IMG/VR virus record: IMGVR_UViG_3300044616_001452
Length of the DNA stretch: 64,000 bases
Direction: 5' to 3' (one strand)
Origin: a virus
A model generated the notes under the pieces. The model was not told the origin of the DNA and did not search any database. It was given only the letters and a program-made list of their open reading frames with translations. A program made the translations under genes and the position numbers. Below are positions 44,645-55,113 of this stretch, one piece after another; position 1 is the stretch's first letter; every line of letters starts with the position of its first letter.

Positions 44645-45079
44645 ATGTGGATACTGCAATGGTTACCAAATTGGTTATTTTATGTGATACTTCTTTTAGG
44701 TTTGATAGCGTTTTTAGTAACCTATCTTCTTAAATTTATTCCAATTCCTGCATTATACATTTACAGAACACCCATACAAATTGTTTCGGTGATAATGATT
44801 GTGTTTGGTGTTTATATGGCCGGTTCAATAGCAAATAATGAATCATGGTTAGCGAAAGTGAAAGAAGTTGAAGCTAAATTGGCTGAAGCGGAAGCAAAAG
44901 GTGCGCAAGAAACTGTTAAAATTGTTGAAAAAGTTGTAGTGCAGAAACAAGTTATAAAAGAGAGAGGTCAAGACATAGTTAAATATGTCGATAGAGAAGT
45001 TGTTAAATACGATAATAAATGTGAGATACCTCCACCTTTTGTAGAAGCGCACAATAAAGCAGCAGAAAAAATACAATGA
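44645..45079 (+). CDS. i-spanin-like inner-membrane protein (Rz-like)
   Basis: N-terminal TM helices, coiled coil, C-terminal Cys; precedes a lipoprotein and the endolysin. Confidence 0.65.
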   Translation: MWILQWLPNWLFYVILLLGLIAFLVTYLLKFIPIPALYIYRTPIQIVSVIMIVFGVYMAGSIANNESWLAKVKEVEAKLAEAEAKGAQETVKIVEKVVVQKQVIKERGQDIVKYVDREVVKYDNKCEIPPPFVEAHNKAAEKIQ

Positions 45080-45339
45080 AATATGTTGTACTTATTCTGT
45101 TAGTATTTGTTGCAGGATGTTCAACTCCTGTTCCAATTAAACCTAAGTTTCCAGAAGCACCATCAATGCTAATGGAACCATGTCTTGAATTAAAAAGATT
45201 AGAAAATGATGCAAAGTTAAGTGATGTGGCTAAAACAGTATCCGAAAATTATGCATTTTATCATGATTGTTCTTTGAAAAGCCGTGCGTGGGCTGAATGG
45301 TATAAAGTACAGAAAAAAATTTTTGAGGATGCAAAATGA
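45076..45339 (+). CDS. o-spanin-like lipoprotein (Rz1-like)
   Basis: Lipobox VAGC; Pro-rich region; NY..YH.C. Confidence 0.7.
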   Translation: MKYVVLILLVFVAGCSTPVPIKPKFPEAPSMLMEPCLELKRLENDAKLSDVAKTVSENYAFYHDCSLKSRAWAEWYKVQKKIFEDAK

Positions 45340-45959
45340 TTACACAGGAACAATTAAAACAATTATTACCAAAAAATCCTTATATCTCTCATTGGCATAA
45401 GGCACTTGAGCAGTTGTTTCCAGATTATGAAATTAATACACCACAAAGAATGGCCTCTTTCATAGCTCAATGTGCGCATGAGTCGGCAGGGTTCACTGCA
45501 CTAGTAGAAAATTTAAACTATCGTTGGCAGTCATTAAGAAAAGTATTTCCAAAATATTTTCCAGATGATGCAATTGCACAAGACTATGCTTCACGCCCAA
45601 ACAAGCAAGAAGCAATAGCAAATAGAATCTATGCAAGCCGGATGGGTAATGGTCCAGAAGAATCGGGTGATGGTTACCGTTATCGCGGAAGAGGTTTGAT
45701 ACAACTCACTGGTAGAAGCAATTATACATGGTTCGCAGCATCACTTGAAATATCTCCAGAAGAAGCATCAGAATATCTAACAACCTTTGAAGGTGCTGCA
45801 CAATCAGCTTGTTGGTTTTGGGAAAGCAATAAACTAAATCAATGGGCTGACAAGGGCGATATTCTTACATTAACAAAGAGAATTAATGGTGGAACGATAG
45901 GACTAGATGATCGAATCAAACATTATGAACATGCTTTACACGTATTAGGAACACATTAA
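45336..45959 (+). CDS. Endolysin, glycoside hydrolase family 19
   Basis: FIAQCAHES, ENLNY, YRGRGLIQLTG..NY, TKRINGG..GL.DR. Confidence 0.92.
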   Translation: MITQEQLKQLLPKNPYISHWHKALEQLFPDYEINTPQRMASFIAQCAHESAGFTALVENLNYRWQSLRKVFPKYFPDDAIAQDYASRPNKQEAIANRIYASRMGNGPEESGDGYRYRGRGLIQLTGRSNYTWFAASLEISPEEASEYLTTFEGAAQSACWFWESNKLNQWADKGDILTLTKRINGGTIGLDDRIKHYEHALHVLGTH

Positions 45960-47104
45960 TGTCAAATAAAACATTCAAATTATTTGCTGAAAAAATGGGT
46001 GGCAGACCTTCCGCCTCTTTTATCGGTAGAGCTGGTGAATTATTCTATGATCCAGAAATTGGATCTATCAAACTTTCTAACGGTACAACCTCAGGTGGTA
46101 TAACCATCACGGAACCTGTTAGTGTTAACGTAGCAGACAATCAATGGTATGTTGATCCAAGTAGAACAGATATTGTAGCTGGTACTTCAACTGGAAGTGA
46201 AAACAATCCTTTCTTATCAATCACTGCTGCTTTGGCATATATTGAAGCAAGAATTGCTGATGGTAGTTTGACGATTGACATATCAGGAGGAATTGTTGAT
46301 AACCCACAGTTTATTATTCTAAAAAGTGCAACTACAGAAAATATTACATTAACTCGTGGTCATATTTTTATTGTTGGTGATACACCAGACGCAGGACACA
46401 TACCGATATGGATTCACGGACACGTTATTATTACACCATCTGTTTCTGGAGCAACTGCTCTAGATGTTAATCACTTTGGTTTGTTTCACGTTGCTATTCT
46501 TCCAACAGGTGCTTATCACGGCATTGAAATAAATGGTTCTAATACTTGTAGAATTTATCTAGAAGATACTTATGTGTACCAACAAAACAGTAGTAAATCT
46601 TGTGTATATGCAAATAATACTGGCAATGATACACGTGTATCATTGCTTAATTGCTCTATGTCGAGAGCATCTGGTTCAACTCATCTTATTGATATTCAGC
46701 GTGGATATTGTCAGATTGACAATCTTGAAACTAATGGAATTGGACAAGTATTGAACCTAGCAAACGATTCAACTGGAACTATGTTGAATAGTTCCATTGA
46801 TGCTAATACGGGCGCTGTTATAACATTAAGTGGAACAGCACAATTTGGTATGGCTACTTGTATCCTTAATAATACTGGCGCTGCTGCTAACACTTATGGA
46901 GTTACAATGAGTGGAACTGCCAGTATGCAATTTGGCGTGGTTACATTTAATGTATCAAATGCACAAGCAACCAATCGTGCTATCAACGGTGTAGCAGGAA
47001 ATGTGGTATTATATGCTAATCCAATATTCCGATATCTAACTTGCAGTAAGATATCAACAGCAATAACATTGATACCATTAGACACCGCGTTTACCGCAGT
47101 ATAA
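45959..47104 (+). CDS. Tail fibre/spike-like protein with predicted beta-helix
   Basis: GELFYDP N-terminal module; GS..NPF.SI..AL; beta-rich repeats. Confidence 0.55.
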   Translation: MSNKTFKLFAEKMGGRPSASFIGRAGELFYDPEIGSIKLSNGTTSGGITITEPVSVNVADNQWYVDPSRTDIVAGTSTGSENNPFLSITAALAYIEARIADGSLTIDISGGIVDNPQFIILKSATTENITLTRGHIFIVGDTPDAGHIPIWIHGHVIITPSVSGATALDVNHFGLFHVAILPTGAYHGIEINGSNTCRIYLEDTYVYQQNSSKSCVYANNTGNDTRVSLLNCSMSRASGSTHLIDIQRGYCQIDNLETNGIGQVLNLANDSTGTMLNSSIDANTGAVITLSGTAQFGMATCILNNTGAAANTYGVTMSGTASMQFGVVTFNVSNAQATNRAINGVAGNVVLYANPIFRYLTCSKISTAITLIPLDTAFTAV

Positions 47105-47155
47105 TATGATCACCTTAAACATTACGAACACACTTTACACGTTCTGGGGGTATAA

Positions 47156-47449
47156 ATGGTGAGCGATAGAAAACTATTTCTTGGTCTACTCATTTTGTTA
47201 TTACTTCCTCTTACACTAGCAATATTTGGTGGAGATCGTTTTAGATATCCTTGTCAAGATCCTAAAAATTGGGATAAGGAAATGTGTAAGATGCCGTATT
47301 GTGATGTAACAAGAACATGCCCCGAACACATATTCAAAGGACAACGTGATCCAAGATTAGGACCACCAGAAACGAGAAATCAACCACTAACACAAACTGG
47401 ACAAACATGTCAAGCATGTCCCCCGCAAGGAGTGAATAATGCAAAATAA
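47156..47449 (+). CDS. Exported Cys-rich hypothetical protein
   Basis: N-terminal TM; RYPCQDP.NW...C..P.C...RTCP. Confidence 0.7.
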   Translation: MVSDRKLFLGLLILLLLPLTLAIFGGDRFRYPCQDPKNWDKEMCKMPYCDVTRTCPEHIFKGQRDPRLGPPETRNQPLTQTGQTCQACPPQGVNNAK

Positions 47450-47891
47450 TACGCCATTTGTATATACTGAAGATCAGTTGATGGCAAGATTGAAATTCTT
47501 TATTGGAGTTTGTCTTGCGCTAACACTCACAGGCATTGTATTCGTTGTATTGTATTCAATTATTTTTGTAACACAACCATTGAATGCAATGTCACCAATC
47601 GATCAGAAATTCTTTGAGCTAATTGTTCCGATTGCAACATTCCTAACAGGCACATTATCGGGTATTATGTTAGCGGGTAGACCGAAAGAAGAACAAGAAG
47701 CTATGCTTGCAGCACAAAAGCAAGCAACTGAGTCTTTCAAAACAACGATGGAAGAAACAAGAAAGCCTGCTCCAGAAGTAAAAAGAGCGGAGAAAGTTGA
47801 ACCTTCACTAAGCCCACAAACAACAATACCTCCCGCACCAGGATTTGGTGGTAAACTAGCACCACCCCCTGCACCACAACCGGAGATTTAA
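47439..47891 (+). CDS. Two-TM membrane protein (holin/antiholin candidate)
   Basis: Two hydrophobic helices; located in the lysis region. Confidence 0.6.
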   Translation: MQNNTPFVYTEDQLMARLKFFIGVCLALTLTGIVFVVLYSIIFVTQPLNAMSPIDQKFFELIVPIATFLTGTLSGIMLAGRPKEEQEAMLAAQKQATESFKTTMEETRKPAPEVKRAEKVEPSLSPQTTIPPAPGFGGKLAPPPAPQPEI

Positions 47892-47892
47892 A

Positions 47893-48141
47893 ATGCCACC
47901 AATTGTAAGTATTTTCCAATCAAGCATAACCGATGATGGTCTGAGCAGTAAAAGAATAGTTACGTTTCTCGCTTTTATACTTTGCAGTGTCGCCTTTTTA
48001 GCAAATCTATTTTTTGGTTTCAAAATAGATACACATCTTTTTGACGGTATGATGTATATCTCAATTGCAGGATTAGGTGTAACAGTAGCCGAGAGATTTG
48101 CACCAAAACCTCCAGCAACACCACAACCATTACTTAAATAA
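47893..48141 (+). CDS. Small two-TM protein (holin candidate)
   Basis: SSKR followed by two TM helices. Confidence 0.6.
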   Translation: MPPIVSIFQSSITDDGLSSKRIVTFLAFILCSVAFLANLFFGFKIDTHLFDGMMYISIAGLGVTVAERFAPKPPATPQPLLK

Positions 48142-48151
48142 GGGGCTAAAT

Positions 48152-48370
48152 ATGAAACTGATTATAACAGCAGCAATCATAGGTTTAATTCCTCTGCTAA
48201 GTTATCATAATATCTCATTTGCCGCAGCAGAAGTGAAAAAAGTATGTGTCGATAAAATAACAAATGATGGCAAAAAAGTTTTAGATAAAGATGGTAAACC
48301 TGTTCAAGAATGTAAAGAAATCAAAGTGCACCAAAAACTAGAAGGCACGAAAGTTCCAGAGAAAAAATAA
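48152..48370 (+). CDS. Small secreted protein
   Basis: Signal peptide; KKVC...ECKEIKVH.KLEGT.VP. Confidence 0.65.
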   Translation: MKLIITAAIIGLIPLLSYHNISFAAAEVKKVCVDKITNDGKKVLDKDGKPVQECKEIKVHQKLEGTKVPEKK

Positions 48371-48804
48371 TGGACGAAAAAGAGTCGGTACAGATGAAAG
48401 TGGATGTAGGTGTACTTAAAACACAAGTAGCCTCACTGACTCAACTCTGTGATAAAATGGACAAAGTAATAGAAAAACTTATGGACAATCAAGACAAAAA
48501 TGTCAACCAAATATATTCAGATATGGATAAAAGAAAAAATGATACAATTATGGATATAAAAGAGCTGCATTCCAGAATAACAACAGTCGATAGAAACTTA
48601 TCTGATAAAATAGAGTTGACTGAACGAAGGATTATGGAAGAAATTAAGTCTCTTCGTGATCATATAGAACAACACAATAAAAAAGAAGATGGTGAAATTA
48701 AAAAAATACTAGAATGGAAATGGATGGCAGCAGGAGGTATTGTTGCATTGGCATGGTTGATTTCTAACGTAAATCTTGATATGATTAGTAAAATGTTCAA
48801 TTAA
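48370..48804 (+). CDS. Coiled-coil protein with C-terminal TM helix
   Basis: KELHSRIT; LEWKWMAAGG. Confidence 0.7.
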   Translation: MDEKESVQMKVDVGVLKTQVASLTQLCDKMDKVIEKLMDNQDKNVNQIYSDMDKRKNDTIMDIKELHSRITTVDRNLSDKIELTERRIMEEIKSLRDHIEQHNKKEDGEIKKILEWKWMAAGGIVALAWLISNVNLDMISKMFN

Positions 48805-48823
48805 ACTTTTCTACACTTTTGTT

Positions 48824-49849
48824 ATGTCAATATACATTGATCGAAAATTCTTAAAACTCCTTTCACCAAAATTGAGTAGGTTCTCTGAGAAAAAAGAGGA
48901 CTTATATAATTTTAGGTGCCCCTTTTGCGGTGATTCTAAAAAGAATCAACTCAAGGCTAGAGGGTATGTTTACAGAAAGAAAAATGATTATTATTTTAAA
49001 TGCCAGAACTGTGGTGTCGGGCATACAATGTATAATCTTATCAATTTATTAGATGGCAATCTTGCAAAAGATTATGCGTTGGAAAGGTTTACAAATGGCG
49101 AGACAAAAAATCATAATTATCCCAAACCAGAAAAACCAGAAATAAAATTTGAAGCGCCAGTATTTACCAAAAAGAAAATGGTAATTAATCTTCCTAACAT
49201 CAAAAATTTGTCAGAAGAGCATTTTGCAAGACAGTATTGCATAGGAAGAAAAATTCCACAGGATACATATGATAATCTATACTATGCTGAAGATTTTAAA
49301 TCTTTCGTAAACGAAATCTTTCCTGATAATGAAAAGGATTTAAAAGACGATGATCCTAGACTTGTAATACCCTTTTATGATGAAGATGGTTCTCTTTTAG
49401 CGGTTCAAGGTAGAGCATTACGTGATTCAAAAATCAGATACATTACAATTAAATTTAATGAAGATTCTATAAAAGTATTTGGTTTAAACAAAGTAAACAA
49501 AAACGAAAAGGTCTATGTTACTGAGGGCCCTATTGACTCTTTATTTTTACCAAATGCTGTAGCAACTGCTGATGCAAATTTAACAAATTCATCGAAGTAT
49601 ATTCCTAAAGAAAATATAGTATTGATTTTTGATAATGAACCAAGAAATAAAGATATTTGTAAAATGATGGATAAAGCAATCGAAAATCATTTTTCAATAT
49701 GTATTTGGCCAGAGATGATTGAAGAAAAAGATATAAATGAGATGATTTTAAGCGGATTTACACAAGAAGAATTAATTGATATAATTGACAAAAATACCTT
49801 TGTGAATTTAAGAGCGAAAATGGAGTATATACAATGGAAGAAAATTTAG
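48824..49849 (+). CDS. gp61: DNA primase
   Basis: RCPFCGDS..CQNCG zinc finger; QGRAL; TOPRIM EGPIDS, DNEPRN, KDIN. Confidence 0.96.
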   Translation: MSIYIDRKFLKLLSPKLSRFSEKKEDLYNFRCPFCGDSKKNQLKARGYVYRKKNDYYFKCQNCGVGHTMYNLINLLDGNLAKDYALERFTNGETKNHNYPKPEKPEIKFEAPVFTKKKMVINLPNIKNLSEEHFARQYCIGRKIPQDTYDNLYYAEDFKSFVNEIFPDNEKDLKDDDPRLVIPFYDEDGSLLAVQGRALRDSKIRYITIKFNEDSIKVFGLNKVNKNEKVYVTEGPIDSLFLPNAVATADANLTNSSKYIPKENIVLIFDNEPRNKDICKMMDKAIENHFSICIWPEMIEEKDINEMILSGFTQEELIDIIDKNTFVNLRAKMEYIQWKKI

Positions 49850-50499
49850 TAAAGTTAATTAGTTACTCAAGAGGTGAAGATGGTAAAAATTTATTGGAAC
49901 AAATTGCTTTTGTTGCAAGAGTCTCAAATCCATCTAATCAAAACAACGATGCAACAGCAGAAAAGTTAGTTCGTTATCTGATTAAAAATAATCACTGGTC
50001 TCCTCTTGAAATGGTTTCCGCTTGTCTTGAAATCAATACAACAAGAGATATTGCAAGACAAATCATCAGGCATCGTTCTTTCTCTTTTCAAGAGTTTAGT
50101 CAGCGATATGCGGTAGCTGATATGGGATTTAAACTAAAAGAAGCAAGATTGCAAGATACGAAAAATAGGCAAAACTCTGTAGAAATTGATTTCAATAACG
50201 ACAAGGAAAGGCAGCTTGCTTATCAATGGGAGATGATGCAACAAAGAGTTCTTACGGAGGCAAAAAGTGCTTATGAATGGGCTATCGATAAAGGTATTGC
50301 AAAGGAGCAAGCAAGAGGTGTTCTACCTGAAATAACAGTATCTAGAATTTACATGGCAGGAACCATTAGGTCCTGGGTTCACTACATACAACTCCGCTCC
50401 GCAAACGGGACACAAAAAGAACATCGTGAAATAGCTCTTGCTTGTGCAGATACACTTGAATCTATTTTTCCAATGATTAAGGAGTTTGTTAATGTATAA
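49834..50499 (+). CDS. thyX: Flavin-dependent thymidylate synthase
   Basis: HWSPLE; RHRSFSFQEFSQRY; TQKEHR. Confidence 0.95.
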   Translation: MEENLVKLISYSRGEDGKNLLEQIAFVARVSNPSNQNNDATAEKLVRYLIKNNHWSPLEMVSACLEINTTRDIARQIIRHRSFSFQEFSQRYAVADMGFKLKEARLQDTKNRQNSVEIDFNNDKERQLAYQWEMMQQRVLTEAKSAYEWAIDKGIAKEQARGVLPEITVSRIYMAGTIRSWVHYIQLRSANGTQKEHREIALACADTLESIFPMIKEFVNV

Positions 50500-50836
50500 T
50501 GATGTGGTTAAATTTATCGAAGCGTGTGAACAAGAACGTTGTATTGAAAATATTAGTCTGTATCGAAATCTTATTAAAGAAGAGTTTTGGGAATTTCAAG
50601 ATGGCTTAAAAAAACAAGATGATATTGAACAACTTGACGCATGTATGGATATGATTTGGGTTATTCTGGGTTATTGTTATATGAAAGGTTATAATGTAGA
50701 AGGTGCTTGGAAGGAAGTTGCAAACTCAAATTTGTCTAAAATAGATCCTGTGACAGGCAAAGTTAAAAAGCGTGATGATGGTAAAGTTTTAAAACCAGAA
50801 GGGTGGAAGCCTCCACAACTAGAATTGTTTGTATAA
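50492..50836 (+). CDS. MazG-like NTP pyrophosphohydrolase
   Basis: LIKEEF.E, LDA..D, EV..SN.SK, R.DGKVLKP. Confidence 0.8.
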   Translation: MYNDVVKFIEACEQERCIENISLYRNLIKEEFWEFQDGLKKQDDIEQLDACMDMIWVILGYCYMKGYNVEGAWKEVANSNLSKIDPVTGKVKKRDDGKVLKPEGWKPPQLELFV

Positions 50837-50845
50837 GGAAAAAAC

Positions 50846-52633
50846 ATGCAGTATTTGGATATTGATATAGATTTAAGTAGGGATAATTTATTCGACACTC
50901 TTGGAATAAAAAGATTGCAAGAATCCTATATGATGGAAAACGAAACATCACCACAACATAGGTTTGCGTATGTATCAAAAGCATTCTCTTCCTCGCCGGA
51001 ACACGCTCAAAGGTTATATGAGTACAGCAGTCAGCATTGGCTCAGTTATTCTACTCCCATTTTGTCTTTTGGGCGTTCTCGTCGTGGCCTGCCTATTTCA
51101 TGTTTTCTACCCTACCTACACGATAGCGCAGAAGGTTTGGTGTACTGTCTTTCAGAGGTAAACTGGCTATCAATGTTAGGAGGCGGAATTGGAATTGGTC
51201 TTGGAATACGTTCTGCTGATGACAAGTCTGTTGGCATTATGCCTCACCTTCGTACTTACGATGCCTCCTCGTTGGCATATCGTCAAGGTCGCACTCGCCG
51301 CGGTTCTTATGCTGCATATCTTAATGTTTCCCACCCTGATATTCATCTCTTCCTTGAAATGCGGAAACCAACAGGCGATCCTAATATGCGAGCATTAAAT
51401 CTGCATCATGGTATTAATATCACTGATGATTTTATGCAGATTATTGAGAAGTGCATGCTAGATTCAAGTGCTGATGATTCTTGGAATCTAGTTGATCCAA
51501 ATAATGGTGAAGTTAGAGACACAGTTTCAGCCAGAGAACTGTGGCAAAAAATTCTTGAAACGAGAATGCTCACCGGTGAACCTTACATTCACTTCATTGA
51601 TACAAGCAATCGTCACTTGCCTTGGTTTCAAAAAGAAAAAGGATTGTCTATTAAACAATCAAATCTTTGTAGTGAGATTGTATTGCCAACAGATAAAGAT
51701 CGAACCGCAGTATGTTGTTTGTCCTCATTAAATCTGGAGTATTATGATGATTGGAAAGATAACGAACTTTTTCTTCGGGACGTGGCCGAGATGCTTGATA
51801 ACGTTCTACAGTATTTCATTGATAATGCTCCTGATAGCATTTCACGAGCAAGATATTCTGCTTCTATGGAACGCTCTATTGGTATTGGTGCCCTCGGTTT
51901 TCATGCATATCTACAAAAGAAAAACATCCCCTGGGAATCATCACTCGCAGTGAGCGTAAACAAAAGAATCTTTAACAATGTGAGAGGTAAACTCGATGTT
52001 GCAAATAAAGAATTGGGCACCGAACGCGGTGAAGCCCCCGATTGCGTTGGCTCTGGGAATCGTTTTGCCCATCTTATGGCTATTGCTCCCAATGCAAGCT
52101 CATCTATTATTATGGGTAATACCAGCCCTAGTGTTGAGCCTTATCGCGCTAATGCTTATCGTCAAGACACTCTATCGGGATCTTTCTTGAATAAAAATAA
52201 GTTTCTCGATAAAATCATTAAGGAGAAGTTTGATGAACAATCAGTGGACTACCAAGAAATCTGGTCAAGCATTATTGCAAACGACGGATCAGTTCAGCAC
52301 CTTAGTATACTATCTGACTGGGAAAAAGACGTATTCAAAACGTCTATGGAGATTGACCAGCGATGGATTGTGGAACACGCAAGTCACCGACAGAATTTCA
52401 TTGACCAAGCGCAATCCATTAACCTCTTTTTCAGACCTGACGTAGACATTAAATATCTTCATGCTGTACACTTTCAAGCTTGGAAACAAGGTCTCAAAAC
52501 TCTTTATTATTGTAGATCAGAAAAAATCGGCAAAGCGGATAAAGTTTCAAACAAAATTGAAAGGCAAGTTATTCAAGAGGTCGATCTCAAAGCACTTGCA
52601 CGTGGTGAAGAATGTTTAGCGTGTGAGGGTTGA
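50846..52633 (+). CDS. nrdA: Ribonucleotide reductase class I alpha subunit (no ATP cone)
   Basis: ISCF, QG.TRRG, SNLCSEI, IAPNASSS, KTLYYCR, C-terminal CLACEG. Confidence 0.96.
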   Translation: MQYLDIDIDLSRDNLFDTLGIKRLQESYMMENETSPQHRFAYVSKAFSSSPEHAQRLYEYSSQHWLSYSTPILSFGRSRRGLPISCFLPYLHDSAEGLVYCLSEVNWLSMLGGGIGIGLGIRSADDKSVGIMPHLRTYDASSLAYRQGRTRRGSYAAYLNVSHPDIHLFLEMRKPTGDPNMRALNLHHGINITDDFMQIIEKCMLDSSADDSWNLVDPNNGEVRDTVSARELWQKILETRMLTGEPYIHFIDTSNRHLPWFQKEKGLSIKQSNLCSEIVLPTDKDRTAVCCLSSLNLEYYDDWKDNELFLRDVAEMLDNVLQYFIDNAPDSISRARYSASMERSIGIGALGFHAYLQKKNIPWESSLAVSVNKRIFNNVRGKLDVANKELGTERGEAPDCVGSGNRFAHLMAIAPNASSSIIMGNTSPSVEPYRANAYRQDTLSGSFLNKNKFLDKIIKEKFDEQSVDYQEIWSSIIANDGSVQHLSILSDWEKDVFKTSMEIDQRWIVEHASHRQNFIDQAQSINLFFRPDVDIKYLHAVHFQAWKQGLKTLYYCRSEKIGKADKVSNKIERQVIQEVDLKALARGEECLACEG

Positions 52634-52634
52634 A

Positions 52635-53273
52635 ATGTCTTTTCTAGTTGCAAACCTTCCTCCTGTACATTGTTATATTCGCCGTGAATTCCTTTATGAT
52701 TTTGAAAAGGGTCACGGCGAATATGAACCGTGTATTTGGGTATCAATTAAAAGTTTGAGAAGTCAAGCTTTTCGAATCGAATCATATCTTCCTAGATATG
52801 GGGCACTTTATGATAAATTACCTTTACATGCATATGTAAGCAGAAAGGATAATTTAGAGATATCTTCATTTTTACCTCTCGATACTCTTCAAATATGGGA
52901 TTGCTTCAGCTATAATATTGCAATCTTACAAAAGGCATTTCTTCGAAACTTATCATGTCAGTTTTATGCAAAAGATAAACAGCTTTATTCTGGCAATTAT
53001 CTTTTTACTGTTGACAATGCAAGCCCAGATTTGAATATAATCGACACTAGCTATAGTGAATGGCCAGAAGATCATAAGTCATTCAATTTTATTGAACTTG
53101 ATAATGGGCAATATGCAGCACAGCCAAATAATCGATGTATATTTTTTGATGCTGCAAGCAACCCAAAACAAATGTTGTTTCCAGATTTTAAAGTTTGCAC
53201 AAAAAAATATATTGTAGAAACAAATCCAAAATGGCGTTTGGGTGATACAACTGATGTAATGTATACCAAGTAA
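52635..53273 (+). CDS. Conserved hypothetical protein
   Basis: GALYDKLP.HA, LQ.WDCF, NGQ.AAQPNNR. Confidence 0.75.
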   Translation: MSFLVANLPPVHCYIRREFLYDFEKGHGEYEPCIWVSIKSLRSQAFRIESYLPRYGALYDKLPLHAYVSRKDNLEISSFLPLDTLQIWDCFSYNIAILQKAFLRNLSCQFYAKDKQLYSGNYLFTVDNASPDLNIIDTSYSEWPEDHKSFNFIELDNGQYAAQPNNRCIFFDAASNPKQMLFPDFKVCTKKYIVETNPKWRLGDTTDVMYTK

Positions 53274-53282
53274 AGGATTCAA

Positions 53283-53525
53283 ATGAAAAAGATTTATCGT
53301 TTTACTGCCTCTTGGTGTCAACCATGCAAGGCATTATCAAAAAATTTAGAGTTAGCTAATTTAGATATTCCAATTGAAGTGATTGATATTGATGTTTTCG
53401 AAGATATTGCTATTGAATATGCAATTCGATCAGTTCCAACTTTAATTCTGAAAGATGGCGAAACTGAAAAAGGGTTGGTTGGAGTACATTCACCAGAACA
53501 AATAAGAGAGTGGGCAAATGGTTAA
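53283..53525 (+). CDS. Thioredoxin
   Basis: WCQPC; IRSVPT. Confidence 0.9.
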   Translation: MKKIYRFTASWCQPCKALSKNLELANLDIPIEVIDIDVFEDIAIEYAIRSVPTLILKDGETEKGLVGVHSPEQIREWANG

Positions 53526-54507
53526 AAAGAAACTAAAACTAACAGATGAACGAAATTATTTTAAACCTTTCACATATCCTTGGGCATATGATTCATGGCT
53601 TAAACATGAACAAAGTCATTGGCTACACACTGAAGTTCCAATGATCGAAGATGTTAAAGATTGGAAAAACAAATTGACACAAAATGAAAAAGAATTTCTT
53701 ACGCATATTTTTAGATTTTTTACGCAGGGAGATATTGATGTTGCTGGCGGTTACGTCCGTAATTACTTACCTCATTTTCCTCAGCCTGAAATTCGTATGA
53801 TGTTATCTGGTTTTGCTGCGCGAGAAGCTTTACATATTGCTGCATATAGTCATTTGATTGAAACTCTTGGGCTACCAGAAACTACATATAATCAATTCTT
53901 TGAATATCAAGAGATGCGTGATAAACATGATTACGTTTTGAATCAATCTAATAGCTTAGTGAACACATCATCTGTAGCAAAAAATATTGCATTATTCTCC
54001 GCTTTTACTGAAGGTATGCAATTGTTTAGTTCATTTATTATGCTGCTGAATTTTCCGCGTCAAGGAAAAATGAAAGGTATGGGTCAAATCGTAACTTGGT
54101 CGATTGTTGATGAAACTATGCACGCCGAGTCAATGATTAAATTGTTTAGAACCTACATAGAGGAAAATCGTGAAATTTGGAACGATACTCTCAAATCTGA
54201 AATCTACACTATTGCAACAAGAATGGTTGACCTCGAAGATCGTTTTATTGATTTATCATTCGGCATGGGCGATATGCATAATCTATCTTCTGATGACGTT
54301 AAAACCTATATTCGTTACATTACTGATCGTCGCCTTATTAGTCTTGGTCTCAAGGGCATAATGAAAGTGAAAAAGAATCCATTGCCTTGGGTTGAAGAAA
54401 TGATTAATGCACCAACTCATACCAATTTTTTTGAGAATCGTGCTACTGATTATGCAAAGGGTGCATTATCTGGAACATGGGATGAAGTTTGGGGAAAAGC
54501 CGCTTAA
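53518..54507 (+). CDS. nrdB: Ribonucleotide reductase class I beta subunit
   Basis: FFTQGD, EALH..AYS, EGMQLFSSF, DETMH, NFFE...Y. Confidence 0.96.
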   Translation: MVKKKLKLTDERNYFKPFTYPWAYDSWLKHEQSHWLHTEVPMIEDVKDWKNKLTQNEKEFLTHIFRFFTQGDIDVAGGYVRNYLPHFPQPEIRMMLSGFAAREALHIAAYSHLIETLGLPETTYNQFFEYQEMRDKHDYVLNQSNSLVNTSSVAKNIALFSAFTEGMQLFSSFIMLLNFPRQGKMKGMGQIVTWSIVDETMHAESMIKLFRTYIEENREIWNDTLKSEIYTIATRMVDLEDRFIDLSFGMGDMHNLSSDDVKTYIRYITDRRLISLGLKGIMKVKKNPLPWVEEMINAPTHTNFFENRATDYAKGALSGTWDEVWGKAA

Positions 54508-54526
54508 TTTTGAAAGGAGAATAATC

Positions 54527-54712
54527 ATAGAAAAAGTAATAACAGCAGAGTGTTCTGAATGTGAATCATCTTTTGAGTTAGTCTATGAAGAAGAACTAGT
54601 ATCTGACGATACGCCAAGTTTTTGCCCATTCTGTGGCGAGAAAATCGAGGACATCCAAGAAGAATATATAGATCAGGATGACTTTGATGATGAGATAGAG
54701 GGATGGAAATAA
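54527..54712 (+). CDS. Small zinc-ribbon protein with apparent non-canonical (ATA) start
   Basis: CSECES...FCPFCG; acidic tail; AAGGAG SD followed only by ATA/ATC codons. Confidence 0.6.
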   Translation: MEKVITAECSECESSFELVYEEELVSDDTPSFCPFCGEKIEDIQEEYIDQDDFDDEIEGWK

Positions 54713-55113
54713 ATTGGATTTACGAAGATAAAGATTTTTCTGAAGAGCAGATAGAGGATAACTATGGCTTTGTATATGTAATTACAAATTTACAGACCGG
54801 TAAAAAATATATCGGGAAAAAGTTTTTTTACTCGTTAAAAACAAAAGTTATTAAAGGTAAGAAAAAACGGCAAAAATTATCTTCGGATTGGAAAACATAC
54901 TTTGGTTCTAACACAGAACTACAAAATGATGTTAAACTACTTGGACAAAGTATGTTTAAAAGGGAAATAATTTATCTTTGTAAAACAAAAGGCGAGTGTG
55001 GTTACATGGAAGCAAAAGAACAATTTCAAAAATGTGTTCTTGAATCAAACGAATACTACAATACTTGGATAATGGTAAGAGTTAGAAAAAATCACCTAAA
55101 AGGTATTAAATGA
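54703..55113 (+). CDS. GIY-YIG-like nuclease
   Basis: YGFVYVITN..TGKKYIGKK; W..YFGS; YYN. Confidence 0.75.
   Translation: MEINWIYEDKDFSEEQIEDNYGFVYVITNLQTGKKYIGKKFFYSLKTKVIKGKKKRQKLSSDWKTYFGSNTELQNDVKLLGQSMFKREIIYLCKTKGECGYMEAKEQFQKCVLESNEYYNTWIMVRVRKNHLKGIK

Noticed and set aside
23136-54507. Introns or inteins in gp43, gp41, nrdA, nrdB and thyX
   Set aside because: All are continuous ORFs of ordinary length with no intein motifs seen
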